A DNA stretch of 64,000 nucleotides from an uncultured Clostridia bacterium (GCA_944383355.1 CALWPF010000004.1:5086-69085), one strand, 5' to 3'. Counted from the first letter of the stretch, positions 31,563 to 41,454 are shown. A program made the numbers and translations. Notes: a model not told the origin generated them from the letters alone.

Positions 31563-32933
31563 ATGGATATACAAGAATTAGTTAAAGCACAAAGAGATTA
31601 TTTTTTGAAAAATGATACTTTCAGTTATAAATTCAGGAAAAATCAACTAAAATTACTAAAAAAATCTATAAAGGACAACCAACAATTGTTGCTTGATGCT
31701 TTTAAAGCAGATCTAAACAAATGTGAATTTGATGCTGTTACTACAGAAATTAGCCTCGTAAATAACGAAATAAATTATATGCTAAAGCACTTAAAACACT
31801 TAATGCGACCACATAGAGTAAGTACGGGGATTCTCAATTTCCCCAGTAAAGGGAAAATCATCAGTGAACCTTTGGGGCAAGTATTAATTATGTCGCCATG
31901 GAATTATCCTTTTCAATTAGCAATATGCCCACTAGTGGGAGCAATTGCAGGCGGAAATACTGTAATTGTAAAACCAAGTGCTTATACCCCAAAAGTTAGT
32001 GAGGCGATAGCAAAAATACTTTCAGTTTTTCCAAATGAATACATCTCAGTTGTACTTGGTGGCCGTGAGCAAAACCAAACCCTATTAGACCAAAAGTTTG
32101 ATTTAATATTTTTCACTGGAAGCAAAAATGTTGGCAAAGTAGTTCAGCAAAAAGCATCAGTACATCTTACACCTGTAGTTTTAGAATTAGGTGGCAAGTC
32201 ACCATGTATTGTCACTTCAGAAGCTAATTTGTCTAAAAGCGCAAAAAGAATAGTATGGGGTAAGTTTCTTAATGCTGGTCAAACATGCATTGCCCCTGAT
32301 TATATCCTAGTGCAAAAAGATGTTTACGAAGATTTCATAACAGAAGCGGTAAAATATACTAAGCAATTTTATTATGACAATAATAATCTAACTAGCAACT
32401 TTATGTATATAGTAAATGAGAAACATGCGCAAAGAATATCAAATCTAATAGAACAAGATAAAGTAGTATTTGGGGGTAATGTCAAAGATAGACTTATTGA
32501 GCCAACTATTATGAAGGATGTCAGCTTTGATTCCCCAGTGATGCAAGAGGAAATATTTGGTCCAATAATGCCAATAATAAAATATGAGAATATTGATGAA
32601 GTGATAAACTATATAAACTCAAACGATAAACCACTTTCGCTTTATTACTTTGGAAACAATAAACAAGAAGCTTATAAAGTTTTTAATTTTGTGCCATCTG
32701 GGGGCGCTTGTTGGAATGAAGTTGTAATGCATTTTACTGAAAAAAATCTTCCTTTTGGGGGAATAGGCGAAAGTGGTATGGGAAGTTATCATGGCAAAAA
32801 ATCTTTTCAAACTTTTACACATGCTAAAAGTTTATTAATAAAATCGCCCAAATATGAAATCAACGCAAAATATCCTCCATACACAACTGCCAAAACTAAA
32901 TTTGTTTATAATTTTTTAAAATTTAAGAAATAA
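31563..32933 (+). CDS. NAD(P)+-dependent aldehyde dehydrogenase (ALDH3-like)
   Basis: PWNYPFQL, FTGS, LELGGKSP, NAGQTCIAPDY, EEIFGP, PFGGIGESG. Confidence 0.95.
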   Translation: MDIQELVKAQRDYFLKNDTFSYKFRKNQLKLLKKSIKDNQQLLLDAFKADLNKCEFDAVTTEISLVNNEINYMLKHLKHLMRPHRVSTGILNFPSKGKIISEPLGQVLIMSPWNYPFQLAICPLVGAIAGGNTVIVKPSAYTPKVSEAIAKILSVFPNEYISVVLGGREQNQTLLDQKFDLIFFTGSKNVGKVVQQKASVHLTPVVLELGGKSPCIVTSEANLSKSAKRIVWGKFLNAGQTCIAPDYILVQKDVYEDFITEAVKYTKQFYYDNNNLTSNFMYIVNEKHAQRISNLIEQDKVVFGGNVKDRLIEPTIMKDVSFDSPVMQEEIFGPIMPIIKYENIDEVINYINSNDKPLSLYYFGNNKQEAYKVFNFVPSGGACWNEVVMHFTEKNLPFGGIGESGMGSYHGKKSFQTFTHAKSLLIKSPKYEINAKYPPYTTAKTKFVYNFLKFKK

Positions 32934-32950
32934 ATTACTTTATTAATTTA

Positions 32951-32984
32951 ACAAAAAGGATACCAATCACGGTATCCTTTTTGT
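32951..32984. terminator. Bidirectional terminator between ALDH and the small basic protein gene
   Basis: ACAAAAAGGATACC-AATCAC-GGTATCCTTTTTGT. Confidence 0.85.
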
Positions 32985-33013
32985 TCCAAAAAAGTGTAAT
33001 TAATCAATTAAGC

Positions 33014-33235
33014 TTACGAACAACTGTTAGTAGAACTACGCCCTTGTGTAGCACGAGATTTTGTGCTTCTACTGCTCTTAGAGGCAGTACTTGCCCTTGA
33101 ATTACTCGATTTGCTACTAGCGAGTTCTTTGCCACTCTCCGCCTTATTGCCGTTACTACAACCGCAACCTTTTCTGCCACATGAGCGAGCAGAACTTTTT
33201 GATGAAGTTGTAGAATTTTTGGCTCTAGTTGACAT
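33014..33235 (-). CDS. Small basic Ser/Lys/Arg-rich protein (73 aa), function unknown
   Basis: GGAGGTG RBS 5 nt before ATG (MSTRAKNSTTSSKSS...); ends just upstream of a terminator. Confidence 0.7.
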   Translation of the reverse strand: MSTRAKNSTTSSKSSARSCGRKGCGCSNGNKAESGKELASSKSSNSRASTASKSSRSTKSRATQGRSSTNSCS

Positions 33236-33344
33236 ATTTTCACCTCCACTTTTTGGCAAACGCGCTTGCACAAGTATTATGTGTTTTAATACAATATCAA
33301 TGTAAAAAAAGTAAAGGTAAATGCTGGAAAATATGACTATCATT

Positions 33345-34991
33345 TTATTCTAAACTAACTAAATAATAGTAAACCGGTTGACCACCGTTTATGATGCTCA
33401 CTTCACAATCTGGATACTTTTCGGACAACGCTTCCTGCAACTTTTCAATATTAGTCTCATCTATGCCTTCACCAGCAAAGATTGTAATGTTAACCTTATC
33501 ATCTGTCATCATTTTCTCTATCATGGCTATTGTAGCAACATTAATATCAGCATCTTTTGCGACGATCTTACCATCAGCGAGCCCTATTATTTCCCCTTCT
33601 TTTAAGTCAAAACCATCAACTGTAGTACTTCTTACCGCATGAGTAACTGCCCCACTAGAAACATTGTCAATAGCACCTTTCATTGCTTCCACATTTTCTT
33701 CAACAGTACCATCTAAATTAAATGCTAGCATTGCAGCAATACCCTCTGGTATAGAAACAGTAGGTATAACATGAATGTATTTTTTGGTCAAGTTTTGAGC
33801 CTGCTCAGCTGCCAAAATAATGTTTTTATTATTAGGGAATACAAAAATGTGATCACTATTAACCTTATCAGCTGCTTTAGCAATATCATCAGCACTTGGG
33901 TTCATAGTTTGTCCACCCTCTATTATTTGATCAGCTCCCAAGTCTTTGAATACAGCAGATATCCCCTCACCTGTAGCAACTGTAATCATACCAAAAGCTT
34001 TTTTGTTCGCTTTTTCAGCAGCATGCTTTGCTTTTAGTTCTCGGTTTTGTTGCAACATATTATCAATTTTAACATTATTAATTTCACCTAGCTCCAAAGC
34101 ATAGCCCAATGCTCTATTAGGCTCATTTGTATGCACATGCACCTTGATGAGAGAAAGGTCACCAATACATATAACACAGTCACCTATCTCCATTAATTTT
34201 TCACGCAATTTATCAATATCTGACTCTGTAGTCTTCTTGTTGATGTTTATTACCATAAATTCGGTACAATAACCAAACTGAATCTCAGCCAAATCCTCAA
34301 AGTTGACATGAAATTCCTCATTTTGCTTTATTTGAGCTGCCGTTTCATCATCATTTACTTCAAAATCAAAGTCTTCATCAGCTGTTAAACCTTTGTAAAA
34401 ACCAGAAAAGATTACCAGTAATCCTCTACCTCCTGCATCAACAACTCCAGCTGATTTAAGTACTGGTAGCATCTCTGGAGTCTGCTCCAATATCTCCTCA
34501 CCGGTCTTTAAAACAATATCAAAAAATGTCTCAAAATCAGCATGCTTCTTAGCCGCAGTATCTGCCATATCTGCCATAGTTCGAATAACAGTCAAGATTG
34601 TACCCTCTTTGGGCACAGTCACTGCTTTGTACGCCATTTGGCTACCATTCTTCATTGCTTTAGCAAAGGATTTAGTAGTAATTTCTGTTTGTAACATTAT
34701 TTCACTAGCCATACCACGCAATATCTGAGATAATATTACTCCGGAGTTACCACGAGCACCTCTCAAAGCTCCTTTACCAAGAGCTTCTCCCAGACTATCC
34801 AAGTTGTTACTAGAGCAATTATTTATCTCATTTGTCGCCGACTTAAATGTCATTGACATATTTTTACCCGTGTCTCCATCTGGCACAGGATAAACATTTA
34901 AACTATCTATGTATTTTTGATTGTTATCCAAATATTTATTGGCTGCAATCACCATTTTTCGAAAGATTGCACCATTTATAGTCTTCTGCAT
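33345..34991 (-). CDS. DAK2-domain fatty acid kinase subunit A (YloV/FakA)
   Basis: LNVYPVPDGDTG, GARGNSGVILSQ, EGTILTV, GVVDAGG, GGQTMNPS, GGQPVY. Confidence 0.93.
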   Translation of the reverse strand: MQKTINGAIFRKMVIAANKYLDNNQKYIDSLNVYPVPDGDTGKNMSMTFKSATNEINNCSSNNLDSLGEALGKGALRGARGNSGVILSQILRGMASEIMLQTEITTKSFAKAMKNGSQMAYKAVTVPKEGTILTVIRTMADMADTAAKKHADFETFFDIVLKTGEEILEQTPEMLPVLKSAGVVDAGGRGLLVIFSGFYKGLTADEDFDFEVNDDETAAQIKQNEEFHVNFEDLAEIQFGYCTEFMVININKKTTESDIDKLREKLMEIGDCVICIGDLSLIKVHVHTNEPNRALGYALELGEINNVKIDNMLQQNRELKAKHAAEKANKKAFGMITVATGEGISAVFKDLGADQIIEGGQTMNPSADDIAKAADKVNSDHIFVFPNNKNIILAAEQAQNLTKKYIHVIPTVSIPEGIAAMLAFNLDGTVEENVEAMKGAIDNVSSGAVTHAVRSTTVDGFDLKEGEIIGLADGKIVAKDADINVATIAMIEKMMTDDKVNITIFAGEGIDETNIEKLQEALSEKYPDCEVSIINGGQPVYYYLVSLE

Positions 34992-35065
34992 CAATTCCAC
35001 CTACTATATTATTTATGTATTAATTATATTCTTTAAAAACAAAAGGAAAATGGTATGAAAGATCA

Positions 35066-35416
35066 TTACACTCTCACACCTATGACATTAACATTTACAG
35101 CGTCTACAATCATACCTGAAAACTCTTCTACACGATATTTCACGGCTTTTCTCAATGAATCAGCTACTGCACTAATAGAAACACCATATTTTAATACAAC
35201 ATACAAGTCTAGCAATATATGATTTTCATTAGTTATAACTTTTACGCCTTTTCCAAATTCCTGCTTTTTAAATAGGTCTGCAAAATTGTCACTTAATTTT
35301 GTTGAAACAAGATCAACAACACCATAACACTCTAATGCAGCGGAACCTGCTATTGCAGCAATAGCATCATCTGAAATAAAAATCTTGCCGTAGTAGTTAT
35401 TAGTTGTTACTGACAT
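35066..35416 (-). CDS. Asp23/Gls24 family protein (YloU-like)
   Basis: GKIFISDDAIA, ECYGVV, YGVSI, VNVNVIGVRV; directly upstream of fakA; TTGCCA-17-TACAAT promoter at 35468-35496. Confidence 0.92.
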   Translation of the reverse strand: MSVTTNNYYGKIFISDDAIAAIAGSAALECYGVVDLVSTKLSDNFADLFKKQEFGKGVKVITNENHILLDLYVVLKYGVSISAVADSLRKAVKYRVEEFSGMIVDAVNVNVIGVRV

Positions 35417-35673
35417 AATTCCTCTTATAAACAATGCACTTTGATAATCAAACAAAGTACATATTTTATTGTACTAGAATATGTATAATATGGCAAGCAT
35501 TTTTAACCAATTTTTACACATATTAATTTCTTGTGAAACTACAAAAAGCAAACTTAAATTTAATTAATGCCGTGTTTTTAAAAAAAAATTTATAAATACT
35601 GTTGCAAAAACTATCAAATAATGGTAGAATATGTTTACATTATTTATCACAATGCTTGAGGGGGTGTAATGCT

Positions 35674-35877
35674 ATGAGCAGACAATGCGATATTTGCGGT
35701 AAAACCAAAATGGCTGGTTGCAAAATAACTCGTGATAGTCAGGGTATCTTGGGACACAACAAGAGCCCTAGAATGCCTAATTTGCAATCTGTTACTGTTA
35801 CAGATGAAAATGGGCAAAAAGTTAAAAAGACAGTATGTACTCGTTGCCTTAAAAAAATGAAGCAAGAGAGTAACTAA
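35674..35877 (+). CDS. rpmB: 50S ribosomal protein L28 (zinc-ribbon type, divergent loop)
   Basis: MSRQCDICGK...PNLQ...VCTRCLK; divergent from yloU as in Firmicutes; TTGCAA-17-TAGAAT promoter at 35602-35630. Confidence 0.88.
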   Translation: MSRQCDICGKTKMAGCKITRDSQGILGHNKSPRMPNLQSVTVTDENGQKVKKTVCTRCLKKMKQESN

Positions 35878-35906
35878 AAATAAAAGCCAGTGCTACACTG
35901 GTTTTT

Positions 35907-35993
35907 TTATTTCTTTGCAACATATTGTTTTGCAAATATAAGTTTAAATAACCCTCTCAAGAAACGAGGAGATTTAAAGCATACTATCAACAT
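35907..35993 (-). CDS. spoVM: Stage V sporulation protein M (28 aa; not in ORF track)
   Basis: AGGAGG RBS; MLIVCFKSPRFLRGLFKLIFAKQYVAKK, amphipathic with Pro9; lies between rpe and convergent rpmB as in B. subtilis. Confidence 0.85.
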   Translation of the reverse strand: MLIVCFKSPRFLRGLFKLIFAKQYVAKK

Positions 35994-36043
35994 TATCCTC
36001 CTAGTTGTAACTACAAATATATATGTTGTCAGGAAAATTTTTG

Positions 36044-36706
36044 TTACTCACAACGTAGTTTGGATATTGTTTGAGCTCTATTATCTGAGTTATAGATAGC
36101 ACTACCCGCTACTATTATATCAGCACCAATCCCTACTACCATATTGACATTCTTTTCGTTTATTCCCCCATCTACCTCTATTAAAAAATCTAGTTTGTTT
36201 TCTTCTCTATATTTTTGCAGGAATGCAATCTTTGTTAAAGAATCTTTTATGAAACTTTGACCGCTTTTACCTGGTTCTACGGACATAACCAAAAAAATAT
36301 CAACTAACGGTAAATATCTTAATATGCACTCAATATCTGTGCCTGGTTTTATTGATAATCCTACTTTTACTCCTAACGTACGCATTTTATGCAAAGTATT
36401 TAATAATTGCATCTTCCCACCAAAAGCCTCATAATGTACCGTTATTGAATGTGCTCCTGCTTTTGCATAAGAAGCAACTTTATCTTGAGGATTTGCAACC
36501 ATAAGGTGCACGTCCAATGGCAATTGCGTTTTTGTAGATAATAAACTTACAACCACTTCATCTATTGTCTTTCTTTCTACAAAAACACCGTCCATTACAT
36601 CACAGTGCAACCAGTCCGCCTTGTCTCTTTCTAATTCTTTAACATATTCGGTTAATTCTGATAGAGGACTAGGATCAGTGCTTGGGGCTATCAAAACTTT
36701 ACTCAT
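36044..36706 (-). CDS. rpe: Ribulose-phosphate 3-epimerase
   Basis: HCDVMDG, DVHLMV, TVHYE, MSVEPG, EVDGG; start at MSKVLIAPS behind GGAG RBS. Confidence 0.93.
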   Translation of the reverse strand: MSKVLIAPSTDPSPLSELTEYVKELERDKADWLHCDVMDGVFVERKTIDEVVVSLLSTKTQLPLDVHLMVANPQDKVASYAKAGAHSITVHYEAFGGKMQLLNTLHKMRTLGVKVGLSIKPGTDIECILRYLPLVDIFLVMSVEPGKSGQSFIKDSLTKIAFLQKYREENKLDFLIEVDGGINEKNVNMVVGIGADIIVAGSAIYNSDNRAQTISKLRCE

Positions 36707-37559
36707 ACTTTCTCTCCTTTGATTTAATCTGTTGGTACAAATCCACATACCTTGAATAGCGCTCATTGTTAATTTCGTGATTATTAACAGCTCTTTTCAC
36801 CGCACAAATGTTACAATTTTCCACAACATGCACGCAAGTGCGATACTTACAGTTTTCATCGAACATTCTAAATTCTGGATAAAAATTGCACAACCTTTCA
36901 GCACCCATATCAAAAACATCTAAACAACTAAAGCCTGGAGTATCAGCCAACAAACTAATATTATCTAGAGGGTAAATTGTAACATGCCTAGTACAATTTT
37001 TGCCACGACTGATTCTTGTGCTCAAGTCACCTACCTTACTAACCAACTTAGAACATAACCTATTGATTATACTACTCTTACCTACAGCAGACTGACCAGC
37101 TAAGACTGTAAGGTTATTAGCAAGAAGTTTTCGCAAATCATCTATTCCTTTGCCACTATTTGCAGAAATAAAGTTAATATCACAAACTTTACCATACTGC
37201 ATAATTATACTATTATTAAAATCTTGGCTAGAAATATCACTTTTATTAACACAAACTACTGGTGTGATGCCCAATTCAAAACATTTGACCAACAATTTAT
37301 CAACTAGGTACAAATCTGGTTTAGGGACAGGAGCAATTACTATAATCATCTGCGTAACATTACTTATTGCTGGTCTAATTAAAGTTGTACGTCTAGGATA
37401 AATTTGCTCAATAACATTACTCTCAGGCGAAAATTCTACTATATCTCCCACCAAAATTTTCTGTGGTTTTACTTTCTTCCTAGCAGTCAATTTGTAACAC
37501 TTATCATTATAAAGCACAGTATATTGCCCACCAAGATTTTTTATCACTTGACCTTTTAT
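36699..37559 (-). CDS. rsgA: Ribosome small subunit-dependent GTPase A
   Basis: NKSD, GQSAVGKSS, DTPGF, C-x4-C-x-H-x6-C zinc finger; start inferred at ATA 37559 (GTG at 37547 is the alternative). Confidence 0.93.
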   Translation of the reverse strand: MKGQVIKNLGGQYTVLYNDKCYKLTARKKVKPQKILVGDIVEFSPESNVIEQIYPRRTTLIRPAISNVTQMIIVIAPVPKPDLYLVDKLLVKCFELGITPVVCVNKSDISSQDFNNSIIMQYGKVCDINFISANSGKGIDDLRKLLANNLTVLAGQSAVGKSSIINRLCSKLVSKVGDLSTRISRGKNCTRHVTIYPLDNISLLADTPGFSCLDVFDMGAERLCNFYPEFRMFDENCKYRTCVHVVENCNICAVKRAVNNHEINNERYSRYVDLYQQIKSKERKYE

Positions 37560-37603
37560 AATATAACCTCCAGTGCATAATTATAAAATATTTTGCATAA
37601 AAA

Positions 37604-39799
37604 TTAACTCATATTAGCTGGATTTTGTTCCACAAATATCTGAGTTTTTGCATTTTGATGTCTGTTAACCACATGATAAATTTCATCTAATATACTGCTA
37701 GAATTATCAATCTTAATTCGCATTAATACCTGATAGCGATATTTATTTTGTATACGAGAAACAGGTGAGCGCATTAGTGCAAAATATATAAAGTCTTTAT
37801 CAAGTCTCATTCTAATATTTTTTAAATCATCAAATATTTTTATAGCTACACTGTAAGTTAATTCATCGCTCTCGCCACTAATAAGGATTCTAATTATTTT
37901 AGCGAATGGTGGGAATTGCGTCACTTCTCGCAAATTAATTTCTTTATCAAAAAAACCTTTGTAATCATAATCTTTAATATACTTATAAACATAATGCTTG
38001 GGCGTATAGGTTTGCAGTATCACTTTGCCAGCTTTACTCGACCTACCTGCTCGACCAGCAACTTGGGTGATAAGTTGAAAAGTTCGCTCTACGGCTCTAT
38101 AATCACTAAAATGCAAGCTCATATCAGCATCTACTATTCCAACAACAGTAACATCAGGGAAATCATGCCCTTTTGCAATCATCTGTGTTCCCACCAAAAT
38201 ACATGGTTTGGTTCTTGAAAATTCATCAAGTATATTCACGAGCGAATCTTTTGTCTGAGTTGTATCATTATCCATTCGTAAAATTTTTACTTTAGGGAAA
38301 ATACTTTGTAGTTCCTCAACTACTCGCTGGGTCCCTATTGCCCCCATGCGTATATATGTACTATGACATTGAGGGCAAGCATCAAGAGCTTTGTATCTTT
38401 TATTGCAATAGTGGCATTTTAACTGATTATCCTCCTTGTGATATACCAAAGAAACATCACAATCAGAACATTTAGCTACATAGCCGCACTCTTTACAAAT
38501 CACATAACTACTAAATCCCCGTCTGTTCAAAAATAACATGGCTTGATTATTTTCCTCAATGCATTTATGCAATTCTTCTAACAACTGCCTAGAGAACATA
38601 TTTGTATTGCCATTATGTAATTCTTTACACATATCAACCACTGAGATATTGGGCATAGCTTTTTTATTCGCTCTAGTGGTCAGTTCGTGCAATACATACT
38701 CTCCTTTCATTGCACATTGGAAGCTGTCTAGACTTGGCGTTGCACTCCCCAAAACGAGCGGGCATTTATTATATTGAGCACGAAACTTTGCTACATCATG
38801 AGTCAAAAAACGAGGATTGCTTTCGGATTTATAACTTGAATCATGTTCTTCATCTAATATTATTGCCCCAATATTGGTCAATGGTGCAAAAATAGCACTA
38901 CGGGCACCTATAACAATCTTAGCATCTCCTGATCTTATCCTTTGCCATTCATCAAAACGTTCACCGTCACTCAACCCACTATGTAGCATGGCAACATTAT
39001 CTCCAAAACGAGCCACAAAAACACCCATCATTTGTGGAGTCAAGGAAATCTCAGGAACCAACATTATAGCCGATTTCCCTTGTTTTATAACATTGTCAAT
39101 AATGTTCATATAAACCTCAGTTTTACCACTACCCGTCACCCCAAATACTAAATGAGGTTTATCAGGATTACATAACACACTTTCAACAATTTGCCTTTGC
39201 TCATCATTTAATTGAATAAACTTATTTTCCAATACTATACTATTGGGTTTGCGTATTTTATGTTTAGTAATCATTGTTGCTATCCCTATCGATAGCAATT
39301 TTTCAACATTATTTCTGCCAAAATGTTTATTTAATTCGGAACGCAAATATTCTTTACCTGCCTCAATATATAAGAGCATATCTCTTCTCAACTTTGCATT
39401 CGCTCTAATATTGACAATATGTTCATCAGGATTATAATTATCGTCTATTTTGAGGTAAGCTATATATATTGGAGACATATGTTTTGTTCTCAACTGAGTT
39501 GGAACCATTAGCCTCAAGCAATCAATAAATCGCAAATGATTACGAGTAATCATATCGTAAGATAAATCTAACAATTCTGGAAGCAATATAGGATAATCGT
39601 CAATAATAGATATGAGCGATTTTAATTTATCTTTAGGTAAATCGCTTTTATCTTTTAGATTAATCACATAACCCTCAATAGTTCGCCTACCAAATGGCAC
39701 AAGTACTCTATCGCCAATAGATACATCTGGAATCGCTATATAATCAAATATCTTGTCAACCTCCGAATTGGCGACATCCACAATTACTTCTGCTATCAT
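37604..39799 (-). CDS. priA: Primosomal protein N'
   Basis: GVTGSGKTEVY, DEEHD, four CxxC, GTQMIAKGHDFP. Confidence 0.97.
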   Translation of the reverse strand: MIAEVIVDVANSEVDKIFDYIAIPDVSIGDRVLVPFGRRTIEGYVINLKDKSDLPKDKLKSLISIIDDYPILLPELLDLSYDMITRNHLRFIDCLRLMVPTQLRTKHMSPIYIAYLKIDDNYNPDEHIVNIRANAKLRRDMLLYIEAGKEYLRSELNKHFGRNNVEKLLSIGIATMITKHKIRKPNSIVLENKFIQLNDEQRQIVESVLCNPDKPHLVFGVTGSGKTEVYMNIIDNVIKQGKSAIMLVPEISLTPQMMGVFVARFGDNVAMLHSGLSDGERFDEWQRIRSGDAKIVIGARSAIFAPLTNIGAIILDEEHDSSYKSESNPRFLTHDVAKFRAQYNKCPLVLGSATPSLDSFQCAMKGEYVLHELTTRANKKAMPNISVVDMCKELHNGNTNMFSRQLLEELHKCIEENNQAMLFLNRRGFSSYVICKECGYVAKCSDCDVSLVYHKEDNQLKCHYCNKRYKALDACPQCHSTYIRMGAIGTQRVVEELQSIFPKVKILRMDNDTTQTKDSLVNILDEFSRTKPCILVGTQMIAKGHDFPDVTVVGIVDADMSLHFSDYRAVERTFQLITQVAGRAGRSSKAGKVILQTYTPKHYVYKYIKDYDYKGFFDKEINLREVTQFPPFAKIIRILISGESDELTYSVAIKIFDDLKNIRMRLDKDFIYFALMRSPVSRIQNKYRYQVLMRIKIDNSSSILDEIYHVVNRHQNAKTQIFVEQNPANMS

Positions 39800-39813
39800 A
39801 CTATCTTTTTTAT

Positions 39814-40026
39814 CTAACCTACTCTTACCTTCCCCTCCATTACTTCTTCTGCAGCTATAGCAATCACTTTGGGATCTTGATCCATAGGTTCGCCCGAAAA
39901 ATATTCATTGCTCAATTGTTTTGCTCTTTTTGCTATCAAACAAGTTAATGCAAATTTATTACCAACTTTTTCAATTAATTGGTCAATTGGCGGTTCCATC
40001 ATTACATAATCTCTGCTCATATCCAT
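39814..40026 (-). CDS. rpoZ: RNA polymerase omega subunit
   Basis: PPIDQLIEKVGNKFALTCLIAKRAKQL, AAEEV. Confidence 0.9.
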   Translation of the reverse strand: MDMSRDYVMMEPPIDQLIEKVGNKFALTCLIAKRAKQLSNEYFSGEPMDQDPKVIAIAAEEVMEGKVRVG

Positions 40027-40035
40027 CTCCTATTT

Positions 40036-41454
40036 TTATTTAATTAATCTATTTACAATTTCATTTATAATCTTAGGATTTGCTTTACCTTGACTAGCTT
40101 TCATAGCTTGCCCTACAAAGAACGCCATCGTTTTAGAATTTCCAGCTTTCAATTCTGCAACTGCCTTGGGGTTTTCTTCAATAATCTTCTTCATAATTTC
40201 TTCCATAGCACTTACATCATTTAATTGTCTTAATCCCTTCGCATCTACTATACTAGCAGGGTCGCTATCATTTTTCCATAGTTCGTCCAAAACTTGTCTT
40301 GCTGCAGCTTGATTTATTTCGCCATCTTTATACATTTTAAGTAATTTTGCCATATTATTAGGTGCTACTGGAATATCAATTACATCACTTTCATCGACAT
40401 TCAATCTTTTAAATACTTCGCTTGTTATCCAATTACAAACAAATTTAGGATCATTAAAACAACTTAAAACTTCATCAAAGTAATCAGAATACATTCTTTG
40501 AGAAGTCAAAAGTTCTGCGTCCTGAATAGAAAGTCCCATTTGTTTATAGTCTATAGCTCTTTGATCAGCTAATTTTGGCAAAGATAACCTAACTTGCTCA
40601 ACAAACTTTTCATCAATTTCTATGGCTAAAATATCTGGATCAGGGAAATATCTATAGTCTTGACTATCTTCTTTTGTTCGCATTGAAAACGTCTTTCCAA
40701 GAGCATCATCCCATCTTCTAGTTTCCTGAATTATTACTCCACCGTCATCCAAGACATCTATTTGTCTCTGTGCCTCATAATTGATTGCTCTTTGTACAGC
40801 TCTGAATGAATTCAAATTTTTAATTTCTGTTCTTGTACCCAATGGGTCACCTGGCTTATTAACAGATATGTTTACATCAAACCTAATATTTCCCTCTTGC
40901 ATTTTACAGTTGCTAACGCCAACATACAACAAAGTTGACCTCAACTTTTCCAAGTATGCAACTGCTTCTTCTGCACTATTCATATCAGGTTCAGACACAA
41001 TCTCAATTAATGGTACCCCACCTCTATTGTAATCAACAAGAGTTCCTTCATGATCATGTATCAATTTACCTGCATCTTCTTCAAGATGTATCCTATTCAG
41101 TCTTATCGTCTTTGCTTGTCCATTGACTACAATGTCTATATGTCCGCCAACACATAATGGATATTCTAATTGTGAAATTTGATAGGCCTTTGGCAAGTCA
41201 GGATAATAGTAATTTTTCCTTTCGAATACAGAATGGTTATTTATTTTACACCCCACAGCGAGACCCATTGTTATTGCTTTTTTAACGGCCTCTTTATTTA
41301 ATATTGGCAAGGCCCCCGGCATGCCAGTGCACACTGGGCAACAATGAGTATTGGGTTCACTGCCAAATTCATTTTTACACCTGCAAAAGCACTTAGTAGC
41401 AGTGTTTAATTCACTATGGACTTCCAAACCAATTACAAGATTATATTCACTCAT
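40036..41454 (-). CDS. gatB: Asp/Glu-tRNA amidotransferase subunit B
   Basis: IGLEVHSEL, YYYPDLPK, EEDAGK, DYRYFPDPD, GKANP. Confidence 0.98.
   Translation of the reverse strand: MSEYNLVIGLEVHSELNTATKCFCRCKNEFGSEPNTHCCPVCTGMPGALPILNKEAVKKAITMGLAVGCKINNHSVFERKNYYYPDLPKAYQISQLEYPLCVGGHIDIVVNGQAKTIRLNRIHLEEDAGKLIHDHEGTLVDYNRGGVPLIEIVSEPDMNSAEEAVAYLEKLRSTLLYVGVSNCKMQEGNIRFDVNISVNKPGDPLGTRTEIKNLNSFRAVQRAINYEAQRQIDVLDDGGVIIQETRRWDDALGKTFSMRTKEDSQDYRYFPDPDILAIEIDEKFVEQVRLSLPKLADQRAIDYKQMGLSIQDAELLTSQRMYSDYFDEVLSCFNDPKFVCNWITSEVFKRLNVDESDVIDIPVAPNNMAKLLKMYKDGEINQAAARQVLDELWKNDSDPASIVDAKGLRQLNDVSAMEEIMKKIIEENPKAVAELKAGNSKTMAFFVGQAMKASQGKANPKIINEIVNRLIK

Noticed and set aside
33004-33305. Alternative-frame ORFs 33004-33273 (-) and 33063-33305 (+) over the small basic gene
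   Set aside because: Only the frame starting at 33235 has a properly spaced strong SD
35602-35673. N-terminal extension of L28 given by the ORF track
   Set aside because: The upstream TTG is the promoter -35 element; the RBS points to ATG at 35674
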